Part shown: in pieces, positions 49,005-59,288 of the stretch
How the letters are laid out: the number at the start of each line of letters is the position of its first letter
Position numbering within the stretch: the first letter of the stretch is position 1
Source: an uncultured Candidatus Rokubacteria bacterium
GTDB taxonomy: Bacteria > Methylomirabilota > Methylomirabilia > Rokubacteriales > DASRDR01
Reading direction: 5' to 3'
Length of the DNA: 64,000 nucleotides
Assembly (NCBI GenBank): GCA_963708025.1
Contig: CAVPSB010000002.1
Coordinates: 192,001-256,000, forward strand
Translations under genes and position numbers: made by a program
The notes under the pieces: model-generated
The model's database searches: none
What the model saw: only the letters and a program-made list of their open reading frames with translations
Told to the model about the DNA's origin: nothing

Positions 49005-50076
49005 GGGCGACCTGGCCGCCGCGCATGGCGGCGAAGCCCTCGTTGATGTCGTCGATCGGGTAGGTGCGGCTGACCAGGGGATCGAGCTTGAGGCGCCCGT
49101 CGAGGTAGAGGTCCACCAGGATCGGGAAGTCGAGGTTGGGGCGGACGGAGCCGTACATGGTGCCCTTGAGCACCTTCTCCTGCACCGCCATCCAGTACGG
49201 CGCGATGGGGGCGGTGACCGCCTGGGGCGCCATCCCGACGACCACGGCGGTGCCCCCGGGGCGGACGGCCTCGAGGATCTGGAGGGTCGTTTTCTCGCTG
49301 CCGATGGCGTCGAAGGCGTAGTCCGCGCCCCGGCCGCCGGTGAGCGCCCGCACCCGCTCGACGACATTCTCGCGCTGCGCGTTGACGGTGTGGGTGGCCC
49401 CGAACTCGCGCGCGAACTCGAGCTTGTTGGGCAGCAGGTCGCACGCGATGATCCGGCCCGCGCCGGCCAGGCGCGCGCCCTGGACGACGTTCAGGCCGAC
49501 GCCGCCGCAGCCGATCACGACCACCGAGGCCCCCGCCTCCACCTGGGCGCAGCGGTTGACCGCGCCCCAGCCGGTGGGCACGCAGCAGCCGATCAGCGCG
49601 GCCTGGGGCCACGGCATCTCCTTGCGGATCGGCACCAGCATCTCGGCCGGACACACCACCGATTCCGAGAAGGTGCCGATGCGGGCCATCTGGCTGATGC
49701 CCTGGCCCTTCCACCACACGCGGTAGGTCCCGTCCAGCATGAGCCCCCGCGTCGCGGTGTGACCGTCGCAGAGGATCGAGCGCCCCATCGAGCAGTAGAG
49801 GCAGCGCCCGCAGTGGGGGCGGAACGAGAAGATCACGTGATCGCCCGGTCCCACACCGGACACCCCGGCCCCGACCTCCTCCACGACGCCGGCCGCCTCG
49901 TGGCCGAGCACCATGGGCAGCGGGGTCGGCCAGTCGCCGTTCATGATGTGCCAGTCGCTGTGGCAGATCCCGGCCCCCCTGACCTTGACCCGGGCCTCGC
50001 CCGACCGCGGGCCCTCCTGCTCCACCTCGACCACGTCCAGACGGCTGTTCGGCTCGAAGCACACGGCGGCCTTCAT
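48982..50076 (-). CDS. Zn-dependent alcohol dehydrogenase (class III-like MDR)
   Basis: GICHSD, LGHEAAG, CGRCLYC...C, GCGGVG, ARGVVVFD. Confidence 0.9.
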   Translation of the reverse strand: MKAAVCFEPNSRLDVVEVEQEGPRSGEARVKVRGAGICHSDWHIMNGDWPTPLPMVLGHEAAGVVEEVGAGVSGVGPGDHVIFSFRPHCGRCLYCSMGRSILCDGHTATRGLMLDGTYRVWWKGQGISQMARIGTFSESVVCPAEMLVPIRKEMPWPQAALIGCCVPTGWGAVNRCAQVEAGASVVVIGCGGVGLNVVQGARLAGAGRIIACDLLPNKLEFAREFGATHTVNAQRENVVERVRALTGGRGADYAFDAIGSEKTTLQILEAVRPGGTAVVVGMAPQAVTAPIAPYWMAVQEKVLKGTMYGSVRPNLDFPILVDLYLDGRLKLDPLVSRTYPIDDINEGFAAMRGGQVARGVVVFD

Positions 50077-50172
50077 CCTCGGTCTCTCCCTGTGGGCGCC
50101 GGGCGATCGTCGGCCGGCGCGGGTCCGCGTCTCGTCCTTCGTCCTTGGGCGTCCTTGGGCGTCCTTGGGGGA

Positions 50173-51168
50173 TCAGAGCCTCAGCAGCCGGCGGGCGTTG
50201 CCTTCCAGGATCAGCGCCTTGTCCTCGACGGTCCAGGCCGGGTGGCCGGTGACGACCTCGACCGGCCGCTCGTAGGCGATGGGGAAGCAGTAGTCGCTCC
50301 CCATCATGACGCGGTCGGCCCCCACCAGCCGCTCGAGATAGTCGAGGGGCTGCTCGGCGTAGCCGATGGTGTCGTAGTAGAAGCGCCGAAGATAGTCCAT
50401 GGGCCCGCGCTCGCGCCCCCGCAGCTCGGGACGCTTCTGCCAGCCGCGCTGGAGCCGCCCGACCAGGTAGGGGAAGGCGCCGCCCGCGTGGGGCAGCACC
50501 ACCACCAGGTTCGGGAAGCGGTCGAGCACCCCGCCGAAGACGAGGTGAGCGGCGGCGATCGCCGACTCGAACGGGTTGCCGAGCAGGTTGGTGAGGTAGT
50601 ACTTCGTCAGTCGCTGGTGGCCGATGACGCTCACCGGATGCAGGAAGATCGGCAGCCCCAGCGCGTCGAGGCGCTCGTAGACCGGGAAGAAGCCCTCGTC
50701 GGACAGCTCCTTGTCGCGCACCGCGGTGGCCATGTACACGCCCCGGATCCCCGGCAGCCGGGCCGCCCGCTCGAGCTCCCGGGCGGCCAGGTCCGGCTCG
50801 CTCATCGGCAGCATGGCCAGGCCGTAGAGCCGCTGCGGGTGCTTGCCGTGTGCCTCGGCCAGCGCGTCGTTGAACGCCTCGGCCAGCCCGTGGGCGAGGG
50901 CGCGCCCGGCCCAGTAGACCATGGGCTGGGTGAGCGAGAGCACGTGGACGGCCACGCCCTGCTCGTCCATCGCCGCCAGGCGGGCGTCGAGATCGATGAA
51001 GCGCGGTCCGAGCGGTCCGGCCACCACCTCGCGCACCTTCACGAACGGCTGGCCCTCGACCAGTGAGTACTCGGCGCCGAACTCGGCGCCCTGGTCCCGG
51101 ATGAGCCCCAGGTAGCGCTCCGGGTAGTAGTGGGCGTGGACGTCGATCGGGTGGTGGGGCTGGGTCAC
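50173..51168 (-). CDS. amidohydrolase family (ACMSD/LigW-type decarboxylase-like)
   Basis: DVHAH, LAAMDEQGV, FLHP, PHAGG, FYYDT, GSDY, GNARRLL. Confidence 0.88.
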   Translation of the reverse strand: MTQPHHPIDVHAHYYPERYLGLIRDQGAEFGAEYSLVEGQPFVKVREVVAGPLGPRFIDLDARLAAMDEQGVAVHVLSLTQPMVYWAGRALAHGLAEAFNDALAEAHGKHPQRLYGLAMLPMSEPDLAARELERAARLPGIRGVYMATAVRDKELSDEGFFPVYERLDALGLPIFLHPVSVIGHQRLTKYYLTNLLGNPFESAIAAAHLVFGGVLDRFPNLVVVLPHAGGAFPYLVGRLQRGWQKRPELRGRERGPMDYLRRFYYDTIGYAEQPLDYLERLVGADRVMMGSDYCFPIAYERPVEVVTGHPAWTVEDKALILEGNARRLLRL

Positions 51169-51376
51169 GGGTTCCTCCGGCTCTTCGGCGCGGGCCTCGT
51201 GCGACGGCCTAGTATGCCACAATCCTGCGGGCGAGTTCCCGGCCGCCCGACGATTGACAGCGATTCTCCGGCAGCGCTGGAGTCGGATCCGCAGCGACGG
51301 CCTGACCGGTGTCGCGTGGTCGCATCACGACCGAGTCCGTCCTGACATCGGCGACGCCCGGCCGTCGGAGGATGAC

Positions 51377-51678
51377 ATGAGGATGCTGGGACCACTCCTG
51401 GCGCTGGCCCTGGTCGGGGCGCCGGTCGCGACCGGCGCCGGCGACGTCGCCTTGACGATCGACGGCCGCAAGTTCGGCGCCGGAAGGAGAAGGGATGGGG
51501 CACGACCCATCCCGAGGCGATCCGCAACGGCGAGTGGGAGTACGGTCTGTTCACGGCCGACGGCAAGCCGATCCCGATCAACACGGAGCAGGCGTGCATG
51601 CCCTGCCACAAGCGCTTCGAGGCCACCGACTACACCTTCCTCGTCCACAACTACTTCGCCGATCAGGTCAAGAAGTAG
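51377..51678 (+). pseudogene. cytochrome P460/c'-beta family remnant (signal peptide + heme-binding C-terminus, out of frame)
   Basis: MRMLGPLLALALVGAPVA at 51377; the frame from 51481 reads KEKGWGTTHPEAIRNGEWEYGLFTADGKP...ACMPCHKRFEATDYTF* (CxxCH). Confidence 0.7.
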
Positions 51679-51690
51679 CGCTGAGCGGGG

Positions 51691-52728
51691 CTAACCGGGG
51701 GCGGGAGGACGCCCGTGGAGCCCGGCGGCCCAGTAGGCGTGCTCCACGAGGCGCAGCGTCTCGAGGTTGTCCGTCGGGTCGGTCTCGAATGGCGTGCCGG
51801 TCTCGAGACAGTCCACGAAGTGCGCGATCACGCCGTCGAAGCTGGCCTGGTAGCCCTGGTCGCCGTCGTAGCGGATGCGGCGCGGCTCCGGCCCGAGTAG
51901 CGTGAGCTCCCAGTCGGCGAACACGGCACTCGCCCGGCTGCCGATCAGCTCGAGCCGGTCCGAGGACCGGGACGGGTAACCGGGGGCGGCCATGGTGCCG
52001 GTCACGGTGACTGGCACCCCGGCGGCGGTCTCCAGGAAGATGGCGGCGAGCGTCTCCCCCACCACGTCCGGGAGCGTGCGGCTGGCGCGGGCGCTCACGA
52101 CGCGGAGCGGGCCGCACAGGAAGCGCACGACGTCGAGCTGGTGGATCAGGGACTCGGAGATCATGAGCCGCCGCTCGCGGGCCATGAACGGCTGGCGCTC
52201 GAGCGCGGGCCGGCGGCCGGCGGCGTCGGGCAGGAGGCCCGAGGAGCTCGCCGAGAGCTGCGCGAGCGCGAGGTCTCCCAGCTCGCCGGCGGCGATCCAG
52301 CGCGCGAGCTCGCGATACCAGGGCCGGAAGCGCCAGTTCTCGTGCACCATGAGGCGCATCCGCCCCTCGACGCGCCGGACCAGGGCCTCGGCCTCGGCGA
52401 GGGTCGGCGTGAGCGGCTTCTGGCAGAGCACGTCGATCCCGCGGGCGGCGGCCGCCTGGACCCAGGCCGCGTGGGTCTCCCGGGGCGAGGCCACGTCGAG
52501 GGCGTCGATGGTCTCGGCCGCGAACATGGAGGCGGCGTCCCGATAGACGGCGGGGATCCCGAACTCTTCCGCGCGGGCGCCGGCTCGCCGCGGATCGGGG
52601 TCGCACACCGCCACCACCCGGACCCGGGGCGCGAGGGCTCGCCAGGCGACGAGGTGGTACCAGCTGATCATGCCGGCCCCGGCCAGGGCCACCCGGATCG
52701 GAGCCACTCGCGACGTGGGCACGGCCAT
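51691..52728 (-). CDS. Gfo/Idh/MocA family oxidoreductase
   Basis: GAGMISWYHL, VCDPD, VLCQKP, HENWRFRP, IHQLDV. Confidence 0.88.
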   Translation of the reverse strand: MAVPTSRVAPIRVALAGAGMISWYHLVAWRALAPRVRVVAVCDPDPRRAGARAEEFGIPAVYRDAASMFAAETIDALDVASPRETHAAWVQAAAARGIDVLCQKPLTPTLAEAEALVRRVEGRMRLMVHENWRFRPWYRELARWIAAGELGDLALAQLSASSSGLLPDAAGRRPALERQPFMARERRLMISESLIHQLDVVRFLCGPLRVVSARASRTLPDVVGETLAAIFLETAAGVPVTVTGTMAAPGYPSRSSDRLELIGSRASAVFADWELTLLGPEPRRIRYDGDQGYQASFDGVIAHFVDCLETGTPFETDPTDNLETLRLVEHAYWAAGLHGRPPAPG

Positions 52729-52984
52729 CGATGATCCCCCGGGGTTCGAGGACGAGTTGGTCTTCGCCGCCGCCCGTCGGCCGACGCCGCCGGCTGGCGC
52801 GCAGTCGTACGATACGTGGAGGCCCCGGGCCGACGCAATCGCGTCTCGCCGGGCTGGTGGCGCCGCCGGAGACCCGGGAGGAGGCACCTTGACGCTTCCT
52901 CGGGTCCCGTTCTAGTGTGGGCCCCGACGAGCTCTTTTACCTTCGACGACCTCCGGAATCACCGACCTCGGAAGGGAGGACACC

Positions 52985-54313
52985 ATGGAGACCAGCGGCG
53001 TTCATGCCGGCCAGCCTTCACCGGGAGAGCCGAGCCGGCGACGGTGGCTCGGGAGCGCGGCCCTGGCTGTCGCGATCGGGCTCCTCACCGTGGTGCCGGC
53101 GGCTGCCGAGACGGTCATCACGATGTGGAGCCACGAGGCCGACCAGCCGTCCAAGGTGGCCTGGCGGGAGGCGGCCGCCCGGGCCCTCGAGAAGAAGAAC
53201 CCGGACGTCAAGGTCAAGATCACGTGGTACGACAAGCCCGCCCTGTACGCCGCGCTGAAGACGGCCCTTCGGGCCGGGCAAGCGCCCGACATCTTCTACG
53301 ACGAGCCGGACCAGACCGAGTACATCACCAACGGATTCCTGCTCCCGCTCGACGAGCTGGTCAACTGGGGCAACATTCACGAGTGGGCCCGGCAGGTCTG
53401 GACCCACGGCGGCAAGACGTACGCGTTGCCCCAGGAGGTCTACACGGTCGAGCTCTACTACAACAAGGAGCTCATGAAGAAGGTGGGCGTGGACCTGCCC
53501 CCCAGCGGCCAGGTCAGCCAGAGCCAGTTCCTCGACATCGTGAAGAAGTCGGCGGCCGCCGGCATCACACCGATCGTTCAGGGCGTCGGCGATCGGCCGT
53601 ACCCCGGCGCCTACATGCTGGAGGAGCTCCTTCTCAAGAAGCTCGGCCGGGACGACTACGGGAAGCTGCTGGCCGGGAAGCTCTCCTACAAGGACCCCCG
53701 GGTCGTGCAGGTCTTCACGTACGTCAAGACCCTGGTCGACGCCGGCGCCTACCCGAAGAGCTTCGCGACGCTGAAGCTGGGCGAGTCCCACTACTACTTC
53801 CACACGAAGCCCGCCGGGTTGATGTTCCCCATGGGGAGCTGGTACACGGCACGCGCCTTCGTGCCGCCCGACAAGGGCGGCCAGCCGGACAACTTCCCGC
53901 TCGGGATCATGAGCGTGCCGGCCGTGGACGGCGCCGCATGCAACCAGTGCAAGACGCTCGCCGTCGGCGCCAGCTTCTCGATCAACGCGGCCACCAAGCA
54001 CCCGAAGCTCGCCGCCGGGATGCTGAACGAGATGGCGACCCCCGAGATGGGCGCATCCTGGCTGAGCACGATCCTGCTCCAGACGGCGATCAAGACCGAC
54101 ATGAGCAAGATCAGCGGAAAGTACGCCTCCTACTTCCAGGAGCTGGGCGAGCGCAACAAGGGGGCCGAGTACTTCATCGGGATCCCGATCGACCATCTGA
54201 AGGGGCAGTGCCGTGACACGTTCGTGCAGGTCATGAACACCGCCTTCCCGGGCGGCCTCCTCGCCGTCGACAAGGCCGTGGACATGATGAATCAGGCCTG
54301 CTTCGCCGGCTAG
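52985..54313 (+). CDS. ABC extracellular solute-binding protein (CUT1)
   Basis: RRRWL leader; APDIF; YALP; YYNKELM; upstream TTGACG-18 nt-TAGTGT promoter candidate at 52889. Confidence 0.88.
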   Translation: METSGVHAGQPSPGEPSRRRWLGSAALAVAIGLLTVVPAAAETVITMWSHEADQPSKVAWREAAARALEKKNPDVKVKITWYDKPALYAALKTALRAGQAPDIFYDEPDQTEYITNGFLLPLDELVNWGNIHEWARQVWTHGGKTYALPQEVYTVELYYNKELMKKVGVDLPPSGQVSQSQFLDIVKKSAAAGITPIVQGVGDRPYPGAYMLEELLLKKLGRDDYGKLLAGKLSYKDPRVVQVFTYVKTLVDAGAYPKSFATLKLGESHYYFHTKPAGLMFPMGSWYTARAFVPPDKGGQPDNFPLGIMSVPAVDGAACNQCKTLAVGASFSINAATKHPKLAAGMLNEMATPEMGASWLSTILLQTAIKTDMSKISGKYASYFQELGERNKGAEYFIGIPIDHLKGQCRDTFVQVMNTAFPGGLLAVDKAVDMMNQACFAG

Positions 54314-54318
54314 GTCAC

Positions 54319-54382
54319 TCGGGGGGGTTCCGGAAGCCCCCCCGATGCCCCCCGTCGCGGCGGCGGCGAAGCCGCCGTCCGG
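54319..54382 (+). repeat. R1 repeat without nested module
   Basis: cgggggggttccggaagccccccgatgcccccc-like hairpin + gtcgcggcggcggc-gaa-gccgccg. Confidence 0.75.
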
Positions 54383-54453
54383 AGCGCGGCCCACCGCGGT
54401 GCCCGACCGGCCGCGGAGGGCGGGGCTCGCCGGCGGGCCCCCGGGTGCCCCTG

Positions 54454-55398
54454 ATGGCCGTCCTCGCCCCGGTCCGAGTGGACCGCCGGACGGTCCCGCG
54501 CTTCGGGCGAATCGTCCACGCGCGCGGGGTCGTCATCCCGGTCTTCCTGGCGCCGGCCCTGCTCCTGTTCCTGGGCTTCACGGTGTATCCGGCCGCCCGG
54601 ACGTTCTACAACAGCGTCCACACCATCAAGCCCCGTGGCGTGGTGGAGTTCGTCGGGCTCGACAACGTCACCACGCTGCTGACCCGGGACCCGGTGTTCT
54701 GGAAGGCGGTCGGCAACACCATGATCTGGGCCGGGATCGCGCCGATCGTGGACGTGGTGACGGGCCTGCTGCTGGCCCTCTGTCTCTACGCGCGGGTGCC
54801 CCTGGCGCGGTTCTTCCGCGTGACGTGGTTCACGCCGGTGCTGCTGTCGTACGTCGTGGTCGGCATCCTGTGGACGTGGATCTACAACTTCGACTGGGGC
54901 GCGGTGAATCTCGGGCTCCGCGCGCTGGGGCTCGGGCAGTGGGCCCACTCCTGGCTCGGGGATCCCTCGACCGCGCTGTGGGCGGTCATGGCCACCCATG
55001 CCTGGAAGTGGGCGGGCTTCAGCATGGTCGTGTGCCTGGCCGCGCTCTACGCGCTCCCGCTCGAGGTGCTGGAGGCGGCCGAGCTGGACCACTGCGGCTG
55101 GGGGCGGAAGCTCTTCTTCGTCATGATCCCGATGATCTGGCCGACCCTGCTGAACCTCCTGATCCTCTCCTTCATCGGCAAGATGAAGGTCTTCGACCTC
55201 GTGTGGATCATGACCCAGGGAGGGCCGCTGTGGTCGACGGAGACCGTCTCGACGTACGTCTACAAGCGGGCCTTCGAGTGGAACACGTTCGACCTCGGCT
55301 ACCCGTCGGCGGTCGCCGCCCTCTGGTTCCTGGTGGTGCTGACGTCCGTCCTGGGGTTGACGTGGCTCTTCCGCCGGCGCGACCGGTTGGAGTACTGA
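54454..55398 (+). CDS. carbohydrate ABC permease (MalF-like)
   Basis: FVGLDN, EVLEAAELD, TQGGP. Confidence 0.88.
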   Translation: MAVLAPVRVDRRTVPRFGRIVHARGVVIPVFLAPALLLFLGFTVYPAARTFYNSVHTIKPRGVVEFVGLDNVTTLLTRDPVFWKAVGNTMIWAGIAPIVDVVTGLLLALCLYARVPLARFFRVTWFTPVLLSYVVVGILWTWIYNFDWGAVNLGLRALGLGQWAHSWLGDPSTALWAVMATHAWKWAGFSMVVCLAALYALPLEVLEAAELDHCGWGRKLFFVMIPMIWPTLLNLLILSFIGKMKVFDLVWIMTQGGPLWSTETVSTYVYKRAFEWNTFDLGYPSAVAALWFLVVLTSVLGLTWLFRRRDRLEY

Positions 55399-55402
55399 GG
55401 CG

Positions 55403-56230
55403 GTGCGCCGACCCGGCCTCCTCGGTCGCCTGCTGCTCCTGGTCGCCGTGTCCCTGTACACGACGCTGGCGGGGGGTCCGGTCCTGTGGCTCGGGATGAT
55501 GTCGCTGCGGACGACGTCCGAGATCAGCGCGAACCCGTACGCGCTCCCGGTCCCGATCCACCCCGAGAAGTACGTGGCGGCCTGGACCACCTCGAACTAC
55601 GGCACCTACTTCTGGAACAGCGCGGTGGTCGTCCTGACCGCGGTCGCTCTGGTGACGCTGGTGGGGGCGATGGCCGCCCACTGCCTGGCCCGCTATCGGT
55701 TCCGGGGGAACCGGCTCGTCTACTTCGGTCTCTTCAGCGCGATCATCTTCCCGCCGCAGCTGACGATCATCTCCCTCTTCCAGGTCCTGGTGGACTACCA
55801 CCTCTTCAACACGCATGCCGGCCTCGTCCTGGTCTACGCCGCGATCCAGCTGCCGCTGACGTTCTACGTCCTGGAGAGCTTCTTCGCGCAGATCCCCCAG
55901 GACTACTTCGACGCCGCCCGGATCGACGGGTGCTCGGACTACGGGATCTTCTGGCGCTTGACCATGCCGATCGGCCTGCCGGCCGTCGCGACCACGGTGG
56001 TGCTGAACCTGATCGAGCTGTGGAACGAGTTCCTGTACGCGGTGGTGCTGCTCACCGAGGACGAGAAGCGCACGCTGCCGCTCGGCATCATGAAGTTCAT
56101 GGGCGACCAGCTCCAGGACATCGGGATGATCGCGACCGGCATGATGATCTCCATCCTCCCGATCATCGGGATCTACGTCCTGTTCTCCGAGAAGCTGATC
56201 CGCGGCATGACCGCGGGCGTGCTGAAGTAG
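55403..56230 (+). CDS. carbohydrate ABC permease (MalG-like)
   Basis: DAARIDG, WNEFL, TLPLG, GMTAG. Confidence 0.88.
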   Translation: MRRPGLLGRLLLLVAVSLYTTLAGGPVLWLGMMSLRTTSEISANPYALPVPIHPEKYVAAWTTSNYGTYFWNSAVVVLTAVALVTLVGAMAAHCLARYRFRGNRLVYFGLFSAIIFPPQLTIISLFQVLVDYHLFNTHAGLVLVYAAIQLPLTFYVLESFFAQIPQDYFDAARIDGCSDYGIFWRLTMPIGLPAVATTVVLNLIELWNEFLYAVVLLTEDEKRTLPLGIMKFMGDQLQDIGMIATGMMISILPIIGIYVLFSEKLIRGMTAGVLK

Positions 56231-56266
56231 GGCAGCCGTGACGCGCGGGACGCGGGAGGGCCGGGC

Positions 56267-57374
56267 GTGACGGGGCCGGCCGGAGCGGGGCGGCCGGTGG
56301 CGGACCTCGACACGCCGGCCTTGCTCGTGGACCTCGACAAGCTCGCGCGCAACATCGCCACGATGCGCCGGATCATCGTGAGCGAGGCCGGCGTCGGGTG
56401 GCGCCCCCACACCAAGGCGATCAAGACGCCGGCGCTGGCCCGGCGACTCCTCGACGCCGGCGCCTTCGGGGTCACCTGCGCCAAGCTCGGGGAAGCGGAG
56501 GTGCTGGCGGCCGCCGGCATCCGGGACATCCTCATCGCCAACGAGATCGTGGGGCCGGCGAAGATGCGGCGGCTGGCGGCCCTCCGGGAGTTGGCGGACC
56601 CCATCGTGGCCGTGGACTGCGACGCGCATCTGGAGGCCCTGGAGGCGGCGACCCGGTTCGACCGGGGTCACCCTGCGGGTAGTGATCGAGGTCAACATCG
56701 CCATGAACCGGGCCGGCGTGGAGCCCGGCGAGCCCGTCGTCGAGCTGGGCCGCCGGGTCATGGACCGGAAAGGCTTGCGGTTCGCCGGGCTGATGGGGTG
56801 GGAAGGCGGGCGACTGGCCGGTATCGCCGACCCGGGCCAGAAGCGACAGGCGATCGAGGCGGCAGTCGGGCGACTCACGGCCAGCGCGGCGTCGTGCCGG
56901 GCCGCCGGGCTCCCGGTCGACATCGTCAGCTGCGGGGGGACCGGGACCTACTGGATCACGGCCCGCCTGCCGGGGGTCACCGAGGTCCAGGCGGGGGGCG
57001 GGATCTTCGGCGATATCCACTACCGGAAGGACTACGGCGTCGAGCACGAGTACGCCCTGACGATCCTGACCACGGTCGTGAGCCGGCCCACCCCGACGCG
57101 CCTCGTGTGTGACGCCGGATGGAAGAGCATGTCGGTCTACCCGACGATGCCCGAGCCCCTGAACATGGGCGCGGTCACCCGCGTGGCCCTCTCGGCCGAG
57201 CACGCGACGGTCGAGCTGGCGGAGCAGGCCGAGGTCCCCCGGGTGGGCGACCGGGTCGAGTTCGTCCCCGGGTACACCGACTCGACCATCTTCCTGAACG
57301 ACGAGCTCCACGGCGTGCGCGCCGGCCGGGTCGAGGCGACCTGGCCGATCTCGGGGCGGGGGAAGACCCAGTGA
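56267..57374 (+). CDS. DSD1/D-threonine aldolase family PLP enzyme (frameshift ~56660)
   Basis: DTPALLVDL, WRPHTK (PLP Lys), TCAKLGEAE, RAGV, GGTGT, EVQAG, DAGWK, SAEH. Confidence 0.85.
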
Positions 57375-58471
57375 CAGCCACGCCTCCCTTCCGAGCCGAG
57401 CACATCGGGAGCCTCCTGCGCCCACCGGCGCTGCTGGCGGCCCGGCAAGCGGCGGCGGAGGGCCGGCTGCCCGCGGAGGCGCTCCGGGCCGAGGAGGACG
57501 CGTGCATCCGGGAGGCCGTCCGCCTCCAGGAGGACGTGGGCCTCCAGGCCATCACCGACGGCGAGTACCGGCGCGGCATCTACTTCGGCCACTTCCCGGC
57601 GGCCGTGAGCGGGTTCACGGAGATGGACGCCGAGCTCGACTTCCGCGGCGCCGGGGGCGACACGCTTCGCTACCGGACGCCCGTCGTGACCGGCCGGCTC
57701 GTCCGCCACCGCGGCATCGCCACCGACGAGCTCCGCTTCGTCCGGGAGCTCACGCGCCGCACGCCGAAGGTCACGCTGCCCAGCCCGTGCTCGCAGCACT
57801 TCTTCCGCTGGCGCCCCGGGGTCTCCGACCGGGCGTACCCGGACCTCGACGAGTTCTTCGCCGACGTGGCCGCGATCTACCGGGCCGAACTGCGCGACCT
57901 GGCGGGGCTCGGCGCGACGTACGTCCAGCTCGACGACGTGTCGCTCCCGCTCCTGTGCGACCCGCGCCACCGGGAGGGGTTCACGGCGAAGGGCTACGAC
58001 CCCGCCCGGATGGTCGACCGCTACGTCTCCCTCGTGAACGCGGCGCTGGACGGCCGCCCGGCCGGACTGACCGTCGGCCTCCACCTCTGCCGGGGCAACA
58101 ACCAGGGGAAATGGCTCGGGGAAGGGGACTACGGGTACGTGGCCGCCAGTGGCTTCGCCCAACTCGGAGTGGATGCCTTCTTCCTCGAGTACGATTCGCC
58201 CCGGGCCGGGGGCTTCGAGGCCCTCCGCCACGTGCCCCCGGGGCGGTGGGTGGTCCTCGGCCTGGTGTCGACCAAGGGGCCCGAGATCGAGGATCCCGAC
58301 GACCTCGCCCGGCGGATCGACGCGGCGGCCAGGTTCGTGCCCCTCGAGCGACTGGCGCTCAGCCCGCAGTGCGGCTTCGCGAGCACGGCCCCCGGCAACC
58401 CGCTGACCGGGGCCGACCAGCGGCGCAAGCTCGAGCTGGTCGTCGAGGTCGCCCGCCGGGTCTGGACCTGA
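57371..58471 (+). CDS. MetE C-terminal core-like methyltransferase (methionine synthase II family)
   Basis: PFRAEHIGSLLRP, TDGEYRR, YVQLDD, HLCRGN, FLEYD, LGLVSTK, SPQCGFAS. Confidence 0.88.
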   Translation: MTATPPFRAEHIGSLLRPPALLAARQAAAEGRLPAEALRAEEDACIREAVRLQEDVGLQAITDGEYRRGIYFGHFPAAVSGFTEMDAELDFRGAGGDTLRYRTPVVTGRLVRHRGIATDELRFVRELTRRTPKVTLPSPCSQHFFRWRPGVSDRAYPDLDEFFADVAAIYRAELRDLAGLGATYVQLDDVSLPLLCDPRHREGFTAKGYDPARMVDRYVSLVNAALDGRPAGLTVGLHLCRGNNQGKWLGEGDYGYVAASGFAQLGVDAFFLEYDSPRAGGFEALRHVPPGRWVVLGLVSTKGPEIEDPDDLARRIDAAARFVPLERLALSPQCGFASTAPGNPLTGADQRRKLELVVEVARRVWT

Positions 58472-58514
58472 GAGCGCGGAAGGAAGGTTCCGATCTTGAG
58501 AAGGCAAGCGGGTC

Positions 58515-58581
58515 GTCCGGCTCCCCCCTCCCCCCCGGTGGGTGGGGGAGGGGGGCTGGGGGGGTAGGCGGGAGGTTACGG
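58515..58581 (+). repeat. R2 repeat ending at start codon
   Basis: ccggctcccccctccccccc..tgggtgggggaggggggctgggggggtaggcgggagg then ttacgg-ATG. Confidence 0.8.
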
Positions 58582-59001
58582 ATGAAAGTCTGGGTTTCCC
58601 GGTTCTCGGTGGAGTGGGCGCACTGCGACGCCGCCGGGATCGTCTTCTACCCGTACTTCTACGGCTGGTTCGACCAGGGGACCGAGCGGCTGTTCAAGGC
58701 GAACCATCTCTCCTATCTCGAGCTGAGGCGCGACTTCGGGGTCGCCGGGATGCCGCTCCTGGAGACGGGGGCCCGCTACGAGAACGCCTGCAAGCTGGGC
58801 GACGAGCTCGAGCTGCAGAGCTGGGTGGACGAGTGGGCGGGCCGGAGCTTCGTCGTCAAGCACCGGGTCCGGCACGCCGACGGGCGTCCCGCGCTCGAGG
58901 GCTTCGAGCGGCGGGTGTGGGCGGTTCCCGATCCGCAGGCGCCCAAGGGCCTGCGGGCGATCCCGATCCCGCCGGAGGTGATCGCCCGCTTCGTCGACTG
59001 A
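58582..59001 (+). CDS. acyl-CoA thioesterase (4-hydroxybenzoyl-CoA thioesterase/YbgC family)
   Basis: VEWAHCDAAGIVFYPYFYGWFD motif. Confidence 0.85.
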   Translation: MKVWVSRFSVEWAHCDAAGIVFYPYFYGWFDQGTERLFKANHLSYLELRRDFGVAGMPLLETGARYENACKLGDELELQSWVDEWAGRSFVVKHRVRHADGRPALEGFERRVWAVPDPQAPKGLRAIPIPPEVIARFVD

Positions 59002-59006
59002 GATTT

Positions 59007-59109
59007 TCGGGAACTTCCTCCACCCCCCCAGCCCCCCTCCCCCACCCATGGACGGCCTTCGGCCTGTGGCCGGGGGGAGGGGGGAGCCGGAGGCCCCGAT
59101 TCCTTCACA
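59007..59109 (-). repeat. R2 repeat (reverse orientation, with nested module)
   Basis: Reverse complement is collinear with 16163-16265. Confidence 0.8.
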
Positions 59110-59122
59110 GGCTTTGAGAACA

Positions 59123-59259
59123 TCGGGAGGGTCTTCCGAGACCCCCCCGATGCCCCCCCTCGGAGGCCGCGGCTGTTGGACGGCCTTCGGCCTTTGGGCC
59201 GCGGCTCGGAGTGGAACGCCACGGCCGCGCGGCCGAAGCTAAGGGGTTGCGAGAAGCCG
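59123..59259 (+). repeat. R1 repeat, long copy
   Basis: Collinear with 34668-34803. Confidence 0.85.
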
Positions 59260-59288
59260 ACGGGTGATCGGAATGGGGCCGCGTGCGG

